A stretch of 16,210 bases of DNA from a virus (IMGVR_UViG_2534681773_000025); one strand, 5' to 3'. Shown: positions 7,724 through 15,544, counted from the first letter of the stretch. Numbers and translations: made by a program. The notes: a model not told the origin generated them from the sequence alone.

Positions 7724-7743
7724 AAAAACCCGCCGAAGCGGGT
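7724..7743 (-). terminator. Rho-independent terminator with a UUCG tetraloop, copy A (3' end of the hok transcript)
   Basis: Minus strand: CCCGC-UUCG-GCGGG then UUUUU. Same 20-bp sequence as 5888..5908. Confidence 0.6.
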
Positions 7744-7812
7744 TAAGTGCGGGTGCGTTGAGGATGCCTGGCACATCAGAGGTGGCGGGAGATTACTCCC
7801 CCGCCGGGTCTC

Positions 7813-7968
7813 TTACTCCTCAGGTTCGTAAGCTGTGAAGACAGCGACCTCCGTCTGGCCGGTTCGGATTCGTACCTCGCAGAGGTCTTTCCTCGTTACC
7901 AGTGCCGTCACTATGACGGTTAAACAGATGACGATCAGGGCGATTAACATCGCCTTTTGCTGCTTCAT
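7813..7968 (-). CDS. hokD: Hok/Gef-family type I toxin (small membrane peptide)
   Basis: 51-aa ORF MKQQKAMLIALIVICLTVIVTALVTRKDLCEVRIRTGQTEVAVFTAYEPEE, the canonical Hok sequence; I recall it as matching the Qin hokD/relF product. AAGGAG ribosome-binding site upstream. Confidence 0.9.
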   Translation of the reverse strand: MKQQKAMLIALIVICLTVIVTALVTRKDLCEVRIRTGQTEVAVFTAYEPEE

Positions 7969-8025
7969 AGCCTGCTTCTCCTTGCCTTTCGGCACGTAAG
8001 AGGCTAACCTACGTGTGTAGAGCAT
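7813..8025 (-). CDS. mok: mok-like in-frame leader reading frame covering hok
   Basis: 70-aa ORF starting at ATG 8025 and continuing in frame through hok, as in mok/hok loci where translation is coupled. Confidence 0.5.
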   Translation of the reverse strand: MLYTRRLASYVPKGKEKQAMKQQKAMLIALIVICLTVIVTALVTRKDLCEVRIRTGQTEVAVFTAYEPEE

Positions 8026-8100
8026 AGATATGGCCTCAGATTAATGTTAAGCGTCTTGCCGGACGCGTAATGTTAACTGGGGCTTTTCTCTATCTGCCTT
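8000..8100 (+). ncRNA. Expected position of a Sok-like antisense RNA (not resolved)
   Basis: Inferred from hok/sok architecture: the antisense RNA overlaps the mok translation-initiation region from the opposite strand. A weak promoter-like TTGCCT - 17 nt - TAACCT lies at about 7982..8010; no clean terminator identified. Confidence 0.2.
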
Positions 8101-8118
8101 TGGTGTTGATGCCCGAGG
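8085..8118. repeat. Perfect 10-bp inverted repeat (CTATCTGCCT ... AGGCAGATAG) with a 14-nt loop in the hok leader region
   Basis: Read directly from the sequence; probably a structural element of the hok mRNA leader. Confidence 0.5.
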
Positions 8119-8710
8119 CAGATAGCCTCAAGCACCCGCAGCAATTCTACTTAACTACCGTTACCTCGCCAATATGAAATCAATCAGAAAGGTGATCCAT
8201 AAGAACAACAGCAAGACAATAAATTGCCATTACAGCAGCAATAGCCAGCGCACATTTGAGAACCAGCACCACAACCTCCTGTATTGGACGTACACCAGTC
8301 CTGATAAATATGAGGCTGTCTCGTCAGTGATTCAATACAACTACTGGGTATAGTTTCTATGATTTTGTTCTGTGGAAATGGAAAACAGCAACCAGTCACC
8401 ACCAGCACTTCTTTAAACATGCCAAGTCACACGCAAGCCAACATTATAGTTCCCTTTGAGCGAGCAGATGAAGCTAGCAAAAATATTGATCACTTAGGAT
8501 GCATTACTAACGTTGCTATGTGTTAACGAACAGGGAGTGGGTCATCAGCATAAATATTTATGCAGTAGGTTTCTTTTAGGACTAGATTAATCAAAAACAT
8601 TTAGATAAAATTATAAAATCAAGAAATTGGTGGCAATTAATCTTTAATTGTGCCAGCTGAATTTCGTTATTATAGAAGATTAGCTTTTTTTTGAGTGTTT
8701 GGAGAGTAAA

Positions 8711-9406
8711 ATGTTAGAACCACCAAAGAGTTATAATGAAATGTTGCCTATGCTCCATAAGGCGACTTTTATTACTACATTTATATTTTACCTATCATTA
8801 GTCATTTATGGCTACATGCCATTGGTTGGCATTAATGCCAAGTATATCCCCCCCGTTAAAGACTACGAGGAATTTATTAAATGGATATTAACCTTTGGCA
8901 TATTACCAATTGCATCTTCAGTTTTTTGGTCAGTAATTAGTGGAGCTTTAGATCTACATAATAATGTAGCAAAAATTATTGGAATAAGGAAGATGTGGGA
9001 TAGTCATTTAATTATTAAACCATTAGCAAAAATTGCAGGCGTTACGAGAAAATTAACTACTGATGAATCTCACAAGGTAATGAGTAAACTGTATTACCCA
9101 GAAGTTAAAGAGTTAAAAGACAAACATTACGTTGAACTTTTCTGGAACAAAGTTTATTACTTTTGGGTTTTCTTTGAACATACAGTAATCGCATTTGTTA
9201 CTATTTTAATAATAAGTATCGCCAAATTAACAAATATATTCTCTGTTACTGGCTCTTTAATTAATCTTTGGTTGTGGATTATTTCTCTTGTCGCATTTGA
9301 CTTCCTTATTTTCATAGCATCAGTTAAACCAAGAACAGAAAGCCAAGTAAGACAAATACCTGATAGCAAAATAAAAGAATTCTTTAACAATAACAATATT
9401 TTTTAA
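8711..9406 (+). CDS. Hypothetical integral membrane protein with four predicted transmembrane helices, AT-rich
   Basis: ATG 8711 with GGAGAG ribosome-binding site (the track start at 8699 is TTG). Hydrophobic stretches ATFITTFIFYLSLVIYGYMPLVGI, FIKWILTFGILPIASSVFWSVISGAL, YYFWVFFEHTVIAFVTILIISIAKL and LINLWLWIISLVAFDFLIFIASV. The region is much lower in GC than its flanks. Confidence 0.7.
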   Translation: MLEPPKSYNEMLPMLHKATFITTFIFYLSLVIYGYMPLVGINAKYIPPVKDYEEFIKWILTFGILPIASSVFWSVISGALDLHNNVAKIIGIRKMWDSHLIIKPLAKIAGVTRKLTTDESHKVMSKLYYPEVKELKDKHYVELFWNKVYYFWVFFEHTVIAFVTILIISIAKLTNIFSVTGSLINLWLWIISLVAFDFLIFIASVKPRTESQVRQIPDSKIKEFFNNNNIF

Positions 9407-9418
9407 ACGAGGTTGATT

Positions 9419-10072
9419 TTGAATTACAAAATAAATGGAATAAACATACGTTCAGAAAATGCAGCGAAACCGCACACTATGCCATCTAACTATCTCTGTA
9501 AACAGATTGAAAGCACTAATAAAAATGGCAATGCCCTTGATTTTGGATGTGGAAAACTTAGATATTCAGAACAATTAGTAAATAAATTTGAAACTGTGAC
9601 ATTTTTAGATTCCAGAAGACAACTAGAAAGAGTGCAAATTATCAGAGGTGTACAAACCACGATTCCAGATTACGTGATAAATAACTATAAGAATGCTAAT
9701 ATTGTTTCTTATGAAAATATAGATAAAATAACAAATCATTATGATTTCATACTTTGCGCAAACGTGCTTTCCGCAATTCCATGTGAATCCACAATTCACA
9801 AAGTCCTCAGTGCGATTAGAGAATTATTAAAGAGTGATGGTGAAGCACTGATTGTCAATCAATACAAAAGTTCTTATTTCAAGAGGTACGAGAGCGGTAT
9901 TAAACATTTGCATGGGTATATATACCAAAACTCTCGCAATGCTTTCTACTATGGTTTATTAGATGTGGATACTGTAAGTAAAATATGCTCAGATAATAAT
10001 TTAGAAATAATAAAATCATGGAGCAAAGCAGGTAGTTCATATGTGGTTGTTGGTAAACATATACATATTTAG
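9419..10072 (+). CDS. Class I SAM-dependent methyltransferase-like protein (small-molecule/RNA type, not a DNA methyltransferase)
   Basis: Motif I ALDFGCGKLRY. Start is TTG at 9419 (GAGG 6 nt upstream) or TTG at 9413, 7-13 nt after the membrane protein stop, indicating an operon. No DPPY/NPPY motif. Confidence 0.65.
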   Translation: MNYKINGINIRSENAAKPHTMPSNYLCKQIESTNKNGNALDFGCGKLRYSEQLVNKFETVTFLDSRRQLERVQIIRGVQTTIPDYVINNYKNANIVSYENIDKITNHYDFILCANVLSAIPCESTIHKVLSAIRELLKSDGEALIVNQYKSSYFKRYESGIKHLHGYIYQNSRNAFYYGLLDVDTVSKICSDNNLEIIKSWSKAGSSYVVVGKHIHI

Positions 10073-10386
10073 TTTATTTCAACAAATTATTAGAAAGAGT
10101 GATTTGCTTGTTAATTATTAGCTCGGCAGTGCCGGATCAACATGACCCTGCCACTTAGGCCATTGCCGGTTTACCTACTTTTGTAAGGTTCAGCATGAAG
10201 TTTTTATATACTCTTCCTAATATCAATAGTGATGCTCGCTTATGTTAGCTGCTTCTTGTACATAGTAGCCTTCTCCGACAGTACTGCAATGAGCGGAGAG
10301 TAAAAGTCGATAAACAATAAGGAGGTTCACAATAAATATTTCTCGGTGAAACTTTCAAAGCATTCTCTGTTTTGCTAAATCGACAA

Positions 10387-11286
10387 TTATAAATCAACAA
10401 CATTTAGTGTTATATCAATATTATTTAGCCTTGCAATCTCTGATGAATCACTTGCTATTTTAGCTTTTAATTTATCAATATTAATCATATCTTCATGGCT
10501 TATATAAACCATATCACCTTGGTTAACTTTAGATTTGTTCACTATGGCTTGAATAACAGACAAATCATCCATTACACCTCTCATAAATTTCACCATGCTT
10601 TGATCTTTGAAGTCAGATATCGATTTTGAACGTTGCTTACGTTGAATTGTTCCTTTTGTAATTACTTCATTAATTTCTTTTAAACCAGTGAGCATATCAG
10701 ACAGACTGCCTTCGCAACTCATCCGATGTTTTATTGCATTGCGATTAATAATATTGAGTATAATTTCGAGTGAATCTTTATCACTCCATGGATGTAATGA
10801 TGTATAATCATGATGGCGTCGAATGGCGTCAATCATATCCTGGACCATATCTTCATCTGCTTTATCGCAAAGTTCATTCACGAAATAGCTGGGGTCGATT
10901 ATTTTACAATAACTTGGAGTTAGGTATCTTGAGGCTTTACAAAAACCAAAAATATATAAAGTAGAGTATTTATCTTTCAGACTCTCTCCTATTTCATTTA
11001 TTTTCTCAAAAGATTCGATAGTTTTTTTAATTTTTGCTGGACTTGCATTCGTAGTAACTTGAACTGCTATCATGTTTTTATTATCAGCTAAATCAATGGC
11101 GGGAAAATTAACTTTAATCTGATTCATGTTTACCAGTTCACCCATTTTCAGCGCGCGAAACATAAAGATGGTCAATGACTCAATTATTCTTTCCATGTCA
11201 TGAAAGCCTGCCTGTTTGCGTTGCGCGATATAAAGCTGGAGTAGTGCAATATCACTCTGTAAGTTTCTAATAAGTGGATCAATCAT
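10387..11286 (-). CDS. Hypothetical 299-aa cytoplasmic protein, AT-rich, convergent with the membrane/methyltransferase operon
   Basis: ATG 11286 with AAGGA ribosome-binding site. N-terminal block NFPAIDLADNKNMIAVQVTTNASPAKIKKTIESF resembles PD-(D/E)xK-like or SMEK-type N-terminal modules, but this is unverified. Confidence 0.65.
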   Translation of the reverse strand: MIDPLIRNLQSDIALLQLYIAQRKQAGFHDMERIIESLTIFMFRALKMGELVNMNQIKVNFPAIDLADNKNMIAVQVTTNASPAKIKKTIESFEKINEIGESLKDKYSTLYIFGFCKASRYLTPSYCKIIDPSYFVNELCDKADEDMVQDMIDAIRRHHDYTSLHPWSDKDSLEIILNIINRNAIKHRMSCEGSLSDMLTGLKEINEVITKGTIQRKQRSKSISDFKDQSMVKFMRGVMDDLSVIQAIVNKSKVNQGDMVYISHEDMINIDKLKAKIASDSSEIARLNNIDITLNVVDL

Positions 11287-11322
11287 AGCTAATAATCCTT
11301 TTCAATGAAGCTGGAGGTGTGT

Positions 11323-11337
11323 TTAACTATTAGTTAA
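11323..11337. promoter_or_regulatory. Perfect palindrome TTAACTA-t-TAGTTAA upstream of the 299-aa gene (candidate operator)
   Basis: Read from the sequence, about 35 bp upstream of the start codon. AT-rich context, so chance occurrence is possible. Confidence 0.3.
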
Positions 11338-11547
11338 ATTTCTATTTTTATAGAAACAAGCTTTACAACTTCATCAAAGTTTCTCAAATCCTAATCCACT
11401 TTGCAAATCCACTAACCATGCTGAATGCTTTCTGTTGTTAAACATATCCGCTGCTGGCACCAAGCAGACAAACACACTAACTCTACCCTACTCCACAAAA
11501 GAGCCAATCAATATCTGAACTAATAAACTTTAATCTCATCACTTCAA

Positions 11548-11552
11548 TAAAT
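11548..11552. repeat. IS2 target-site duplication, left copy (TAAAT)
   Basis: Identical 5-bp TAAAT directly flanks both ends of the IS2 element (second copy at 12884..12888). Confidence 0.85.
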
Positions 11553-11563
11553 TGGATTTGCCC

Positions 11564-12469
11564 CTATATTTCCAGACATCTGTTATCACTTAACCCATTA
11601 CAAGCCCGCTGCCGCAGATATTCCCGTGGCGAGCGATAACCCAGCGCACTATGCGGATGCCATTCGTTATAATGCTCGAACGCCTCTGCAAGGTTCTTTG
11701 CTGCCGTTAACCCGTCTGGTTTGGGCATGATACTGATGTAGTCACGCTTTATCGTTTTCACGAAGCTCTCTGCTATTCCGTTACTCTCCGGACTCCGCAC
11801 CGCCGTGTTCTTCGGTTCAAGTCCCAACATCCGGGCGAACTGGCGTGTTTCATTAGCCCGGTAGCATGAACCATTATCCGTCAGCCACTCCACTGGAGAC
11901 GACGGAAGATCGTTGCCGAAGCGGCGTTCCACCGCTCCCAGCATGACGTCCTGTACTGTTTCACTGTTGAAGCCGCCGGTAGTGACCGCCCAGTGCAGTG
12001 CCTCACGATCACAGCAGTCCAGCGCGAACGTGACACGCAGTCTCTCTCCGTTATCACAGCAGAACTCGAACCCGTCAGAGCACCATCGCTGATTGCTTTC
12101 TTTCACGGCCACTCTGCCTGTATGTGCCCGTTTCGATGGCGGTACAGCAGGTTTTCGCTCAAGCAACAGCGCATTCTGGCGCATGATCCGGTAAACACGT
12201 TTGGCATTGATCGCAGGCATACCATCAAGTTCTGCCTGTCTGCGAAGCAGCGCCCATACCCGACGATAACCATACGTGGGCAGCTCTCCGATAACATGGT
12301 GTATACGGAGAAGCACATCCGTATCATCAGTGTGACGACTGCGGCGGCCATCCATCCAGTCATCGGTTCGTCTGAGAATGACGTGCAACTGCGCACGCGA
12401 CACCCGGAGACAACGGCTGACTAAGCTTACTCCCCATCCCCGGGCAATAAGGGCGCGTGCGCTATCCAC
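11564..12469 (-). CDS. insD: IS2 transposase OrfB (InsD); expressed as an OrfAB fusion by -1 frameshift
   Basis: 301-aa [33 protein letters not shown]... with a DDE transposase/integrase core. Confidence 0.9.
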
Positions 12470-12792
12470 TTTTTTGCCCGTCCATATTCAACGGCTTCTT
12501 TGAGGAGTTCATTTTCCATCGTTTTCTTGCCGAGCAGGCGCTGGAGTTCTTTAATCTGCTTCATGGCGGCAGCAAGTTCAGAGGCAGGAACAACCTGTTC
12601 TCCGGCGGCGACAGCAGTAAGACTTCCTTCCTGGTATTGCTTACGCCAGAGAAATAACTGGCTGGCTGCTACACCATGTTGCCGGGCAACGAGGGAGACC
12701 GTCATCCCCGGTTCAAAGCTCTGCTGAACAATTGCGATCTTTTCCTGTGTGGTACGCCGTCTGCGTTTCTCCGGCCCTAAGACATCAATCAT
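12427..12792 (-). CDS. insC: IS2 OrfA (InsC) HTH regulator/transposase N-terminal part
   Basis: 121 aa from ATG 12792 ([26 protein letters not shown]...). The 136-aa track ORF starts further upstream inside the inverted repeat. Confidence 0.9.
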
Positions 12793-12880
12793 CTGTTCTC
12801 CAATGACTAGTCTAAAAACTAGTATTAAGACTATCACTTATTTAAGTGATACTGGTTGTCTGGAGATTCAGGGGGCCAGT

Positions 12881-13297
12881 CTATAAATATCGAGCATTTC
12901 CCTGATAGAATGCTAGTATGCGCTGCATAACTTCACTCTTCCGGCACTCGCGACAGATTATGTTCTGACGCCTGTCGTAGCGACGTATTTCTCCGTCAGG
13001 TAATGACCAGATAAGGTCCGGATCAACCGCAGATGGTTCCTTCAGCTTTGCCCTTGAGAGCTTTTTACGGGCATTTTGCCAGTCCTTACGCGCCTGTTCA
13101 GACGGGAATAACCCGTAACCAGAGTTGTATACATCGCCGCTGGCAACCAGCTCTCTTGCGAGAACGCTCATCAGATATCTTGTCGCACCTGTCTTGACTT
13201 CCAGTTGCCGTAACGTCTCACGCCCACTCCGGCGTACGAGTTCAACAACCTGCCCTTTAATTTTTTCCCGCTCTTCTTGTGTAAAAACTTTTGCCAC
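12881..13297 (-). CDS. Hypothetical 138-aa protein downstream of the replication initiator; its stop codon is supplied by the IS2 end
   Basis: GTG start with AGGAGG ribosome-binding site. The present stop TAG is the terminal CTA of IS2. The reconstructed pre-insertion sequence would end ...RYLLK-stop, so the insertion trims two residues. Confidence 0.6.
12884..12888. repeat. IS2 target-site duplication, right copy (TAAAT)
   Basis: Matches 11548..11552. Confidence 0.85.
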
Positions 13298-13337
13298 AAG
13301 CCCTCCTGAAAATTACCTCATGACCAGAAATTAACAC

Positions 13338-14303
13338 TTACCCCCTGAAGCCCGGCGGAATTTCGGTATCCGGCTCAGAAATATGATTCACACAACGCTG
13401 TACAGACGAACGCCCCAGGCGGATAACCAGTTCATCCCATTTTTCGCGAAGCTTTGACGGACTCATGATATTTTTTACCCAGAATGGATCCCGCTGCACC
13501 CGACCAAACATTTCACAAATTTGTCTGTGAGTTCTGCCATCCAGCATCCGCATTGTGCGCACGTCGTTGGCCCATGCGGTCCAGTTGGGTTCTTTCGGTC
13601 GCGAAATCTCGCCATCATCGCTGGCGGCCTGCTCGTAAAGACTCACGATTCGCCCCCAGATCCACTGCGCACACGCCAAATCTTCCTGGCTGCCCCACTG
13701 GCGTTTTTTCGCACTGAACACAACCGCGTCAGGGTGTCGGGTTAAAAAATCCTGTTCAACCGTCTGCGGGTCCGGTTGCGAAGCTTCCGGACGAGAAGTC
13801 TTTTTATTCTCTGTAGTAATCTCTGTTGTATTCTCTGTAAGATCATCAGGCCATTTTGACCCGATGACATTGAGTCGTTTTGAACCAATGGAGCGTTTCA
13901 TTTTGACCTCTTCCATCGTGTCATTTTGACCTGATGGAGCGGCGCATTTTAAACCGATGGATTCGCTCAATTTGCCACCATCTAAAAGCTCGCTCCCGTA
14001 GTTGATCGTGTAGAAATTGGTCATATCGCGCTTTGATTTATTGAGCTTTTCACAACGCAAAAGCCCCAGCGTTTTCAGACTTGCAAACGCGCGCTTTAAC
14101 GTTGACTCTGACCAGAATGGGAACTGTTCCAGCCATTGTTCCGTTGTGTTATAAATCCAGCGAACACCATCACATTCCATGCCGGAGTTGGTATCTCTCA
14201 ACCAGTAGTGCAGTTGTTGCAAAACAATGGCTTCGTTTAAGCCAATTTTCATTGCCAGCTGCGTGTTTATAACCAGTGGGCGTTCAGCAAAAAGAAGACT
14301 CAT
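13338..14303 (-). CDS. Phage replication initiator (lambda O-like replisome organiser) with ori iterons inside the gene
   Basis: The track ORF starts at TTG 14357; the likely start is ATG 14303. N-terminal winged-helix-like region (...WSESTLKRAFASLKTLGLLRCEKL...), a central repeat-encoding linker (IGSK repeats, TENTTEITTENKK) and a conserved-looking C-terminal domain. Family assignment is by architecture, not by search. Confidence 0.65.
   Translation of the reverse strand: MSLLFAERPLVINTQLAMKIGLNEAIVLQQLHYWLRDTNSGMECDGVRWIYNTTEQWLEQFPFWSESTLKRAFASLKTLGLLRCEKLNKSKRDMTNFYTINYGSELLDGGKLSESIGLKCAAPSGQNDTMEEVKMKRSIGSKRLNVIGSKWPDDLTENTTEITTENKKTSRPEASQPDPQTVEQDFLTRHPDAVVFSAKKRQWGSQEDLACAQWIWGRIVSLYEQAASDDGEISRPKEPNWTAWANDVRTMRMLDGRTHRQICEMFGRVQRDPFWVKNIMSPSKLREKWDELVIRLGRSSVQRCVNHISEPDTEIPPGFRG
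13851..13990. repeat. Origin-like iteron array (about six ~23-bp repeats, core TTTTGACC-n-GATGGA) next to an AT-rich stretch (13800..13850)
   Basis: Repeats read from the sequence: cattttgacccgatgaca, gttttgaaccaatggag, attttgacctcttccatcg, attttgacctgatggag, attttaaaccgatggat, aatttgccaccatct. Layout resembles lambda ori inside O. Confidence 0.6.
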
Positions 14304-14805
14304 AATTCCATCCAGCTTTTTGTTGGTATTGCTGTCGATACGCAAGCTTGAAAGCAATTGCTTTTTCTATAAGTTCGTCAGTTTCACGATCTACAACGGC
14401 AGGATCTGCAAAAAGCAGTCCGGATTCCACCACATCGCCATATTCTTTATTTAACCCGGCGATCATGTACGTAATACTTTTTCCATCACTGATCTCACGA
14501 TACAACCTGAAATCACTAATCCGGATAGCCTCCATAATCGCAGGCACTAGCGCCGTGAACTTTTCACGCTTATCCCTGGTGTCGATAGCCTTCCAGCGTT
14601 CGAATATCTTCACTCGATTAACGCCAAGCGCTCGCTGATCAACCGCGCCACCTTCATCTGTGACACGCTGAACATCGATGTTCGGGCGCTCTTTCAAAGC
14701 CCAGAATGCTTCAGTGATTAATATCGTCGCCTGCTCCTGTGTCATTCCTGGTCGACATATCCAGGCATCCAGAGCCTCACGAGCCTGTTCAGGAGTGATT
14801 TTCAT
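14284..14805 (-). CDS. Hypothetical 173-aa protein in the cII position (between the cro-like dicC and the replication gene); possibly YdaT-like
   Basis: ATG 14805 overlaps the dicC 3' end by 17 bp and its stop overlaps the O-like start. The YdaT-like suggestion is by position only. Confidence 0.55.
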   Translation of the reverse strand: MKITPEQAREALDAWICRPGMTQEQATILITEAFWALKERPNIDVQRVTDEGGAVDQRALGVNRVKIFERWKAIDTRDKREKFTALVPAIMEAIRISDFRLYREISDGKSITYMIAGLNKEYGDVVESGLLFADPAVVDRETDELIEKAIAFKLAYRQQYQQKAGWNYESSFC

Positions 14806-15019
14806 TGTTCAACCGCCCCGCCCGCTTCGTCTTACGATATTCATCATAAACTTTGGGATCATACTGAAGCTCCCCGCCAGATGCCTCCTGTAGACGCATC
14901 GCGCGACCTTCGGGAACTAAATCCCCTTTCCAGCTATAAAGCGAAGCCAAACGAATACCTGCTGCTTGTGCAAGTTTTGTTTTTGAACCGAAATACAAAA
15001 GAGCGTCAGTTTTAAGCAT
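14789..15019 (-). CDS. dicC: DicC, Cro-like regulator of the Qin immunity region
   Basis: 76 aa MLKTDALLYFGSKTKLAQAAGIRLASLYSWKGDLVPEGRAMRLQEASGGELQYDPKVYDEYRKTKRAGRLNNENHS, divergent from dicA. Confidence 0.85.
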   Translation of the reverse strand: MLKTDALLYFGSKTKLAQAAGIRLASLYSWKGDLVPEGRAMRLQEASGGELQYDPKVYDEYRKTKRAGRLNNENHS

Positions 15020-15042
15020 TTAAAACACCTTTATTGTTAGTC

Positions 15043-15096
15043 ATAACTAACAAAATAGATGTTAACAAAAACATAGTCAATACGATTTAGCATTAG
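15043..15096. promoter_or_regulatory. dicA/dicC divergent promoter region with two operator-like palindromes
   Basis: TTGTTAGT-cata-ACTAACAA (15043..15062) and TTAGC-atta-GCTAA (about 15083..15096) share the half-site TTAG(C/T). Confidence 0.5.
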
Positions 15097-15102
15097 CTAA
15101 CT

Positions 15103-15510
15103 ATGGAAACAAAAAATTTAACTATCGGCGAACGCATTAGGTATCGTCGGAAAAACCTCAAACACACCCAAAGGTCTCTTGCTAAAGCCCTGAAAATCTC
15201 CCATGTGTCTGTATCACAATGGGAACGGGATGATAGTGAACCTACAGGGAAGAACCTTTTTGCCCTCAGCAAAGTATTGCAATGCTCACCAACATGGATT
15301 CTATTTGGCGATGAAGACAAGCAACCAACACCACCTGTTGAGAAGCCAGTTGCCTTATCCCCCAAAGAACTAGAGCTCCTTGAGCTGTTTAATGCACTGC
15401 CAGAATCAGAACAGGATACCCAGCTCGCCGAAATGCGAGCTCGAGTAAAAAACTTCAATAAACTCTTTGAAGAATTACTAAAAGCCCGTCAGCGGACAAA
15501 TAAAAGATAA
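15103..15510 (+). CDS. dicA: DicA, cI-like HTH repressor of the dicB cell-division-inhibition operon
   Basis: 135 aa METKNLTIGERIRYRRKNLKHTQRSLAKALKISHVSVSQWERDDSEPTGKNLFALSKVLQCSPTWILFGDEDKQ..., matching E. coli DicA as I remember it. Confidence 0.92.
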   Translation: METKNLTIGERIRYRRKNLKHTQRSLAKALKISHVSVSQWERDDSEPTGKNLFALSKVLQCSPTWILFGDEDKQPTPPVEKPVALSPKELELLELFNALPESEQDTQLAEMRARVKNFNKLFEELLKARQRTNKR

Positions 15511-15544
15511 CATCATCAATGAGTTATCTTTTACCACATCAATC

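Larger units (their letters stand above)
11553..12883 (-). mobile_element. IS2: IS2 insertion sequence, complete (1331 bp), orfA/orfB on the minus strand
   Basis: Ends match IS2 termini as I remember them (TAGACTGGCCCCCTGAATCTCCAGACAACC... and ...ATAGGGGCAAATCCA). Internal ORFs are InsC- and InsD-like; an A6G slippery site lies at the orfA/orfB overlap (plus-strand T-run 12469..12474). Confidence 0.95.

Noticed and set aside
8184-8420. 78-aa minus-strand ORF rich in Cys/Gly (CCC, CGAG runs)
   Set aside because: Low-complexity translation of a repetitive non-coding stretch with no ribosome-binding site; more likely part of the hok leader or a degraded remnant than a gene.
10073-10386. Possible small ORF or small RNA in the convergent intergenic region (for example a 17-codon ATG ORF near 10195, GGAGG at about 10310)
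   Set aside because: No start codon at proper spacing from the GGAGG and no convincing promoter-terminator pair; left unannotated.
11993-12727. Plus-strand and alternative-frame ORFs inside IS2
   Set aside because: Antisense or out-of-frame relative to the known IS2 orfA/orfB.
13484-13745. Plus-strand ORFs inside the O-like gene
   Set aside because: Antisense to a gene whose repeat-encoding linker and iterons support the minus-strand frame.
15093-15458. 121-aa minus-strand ORF antisense to dicA
   Set aside because: dicA on the plus strand is an exact-looking match to a known protein; the antisense ORF is Ser-rich low complexity.
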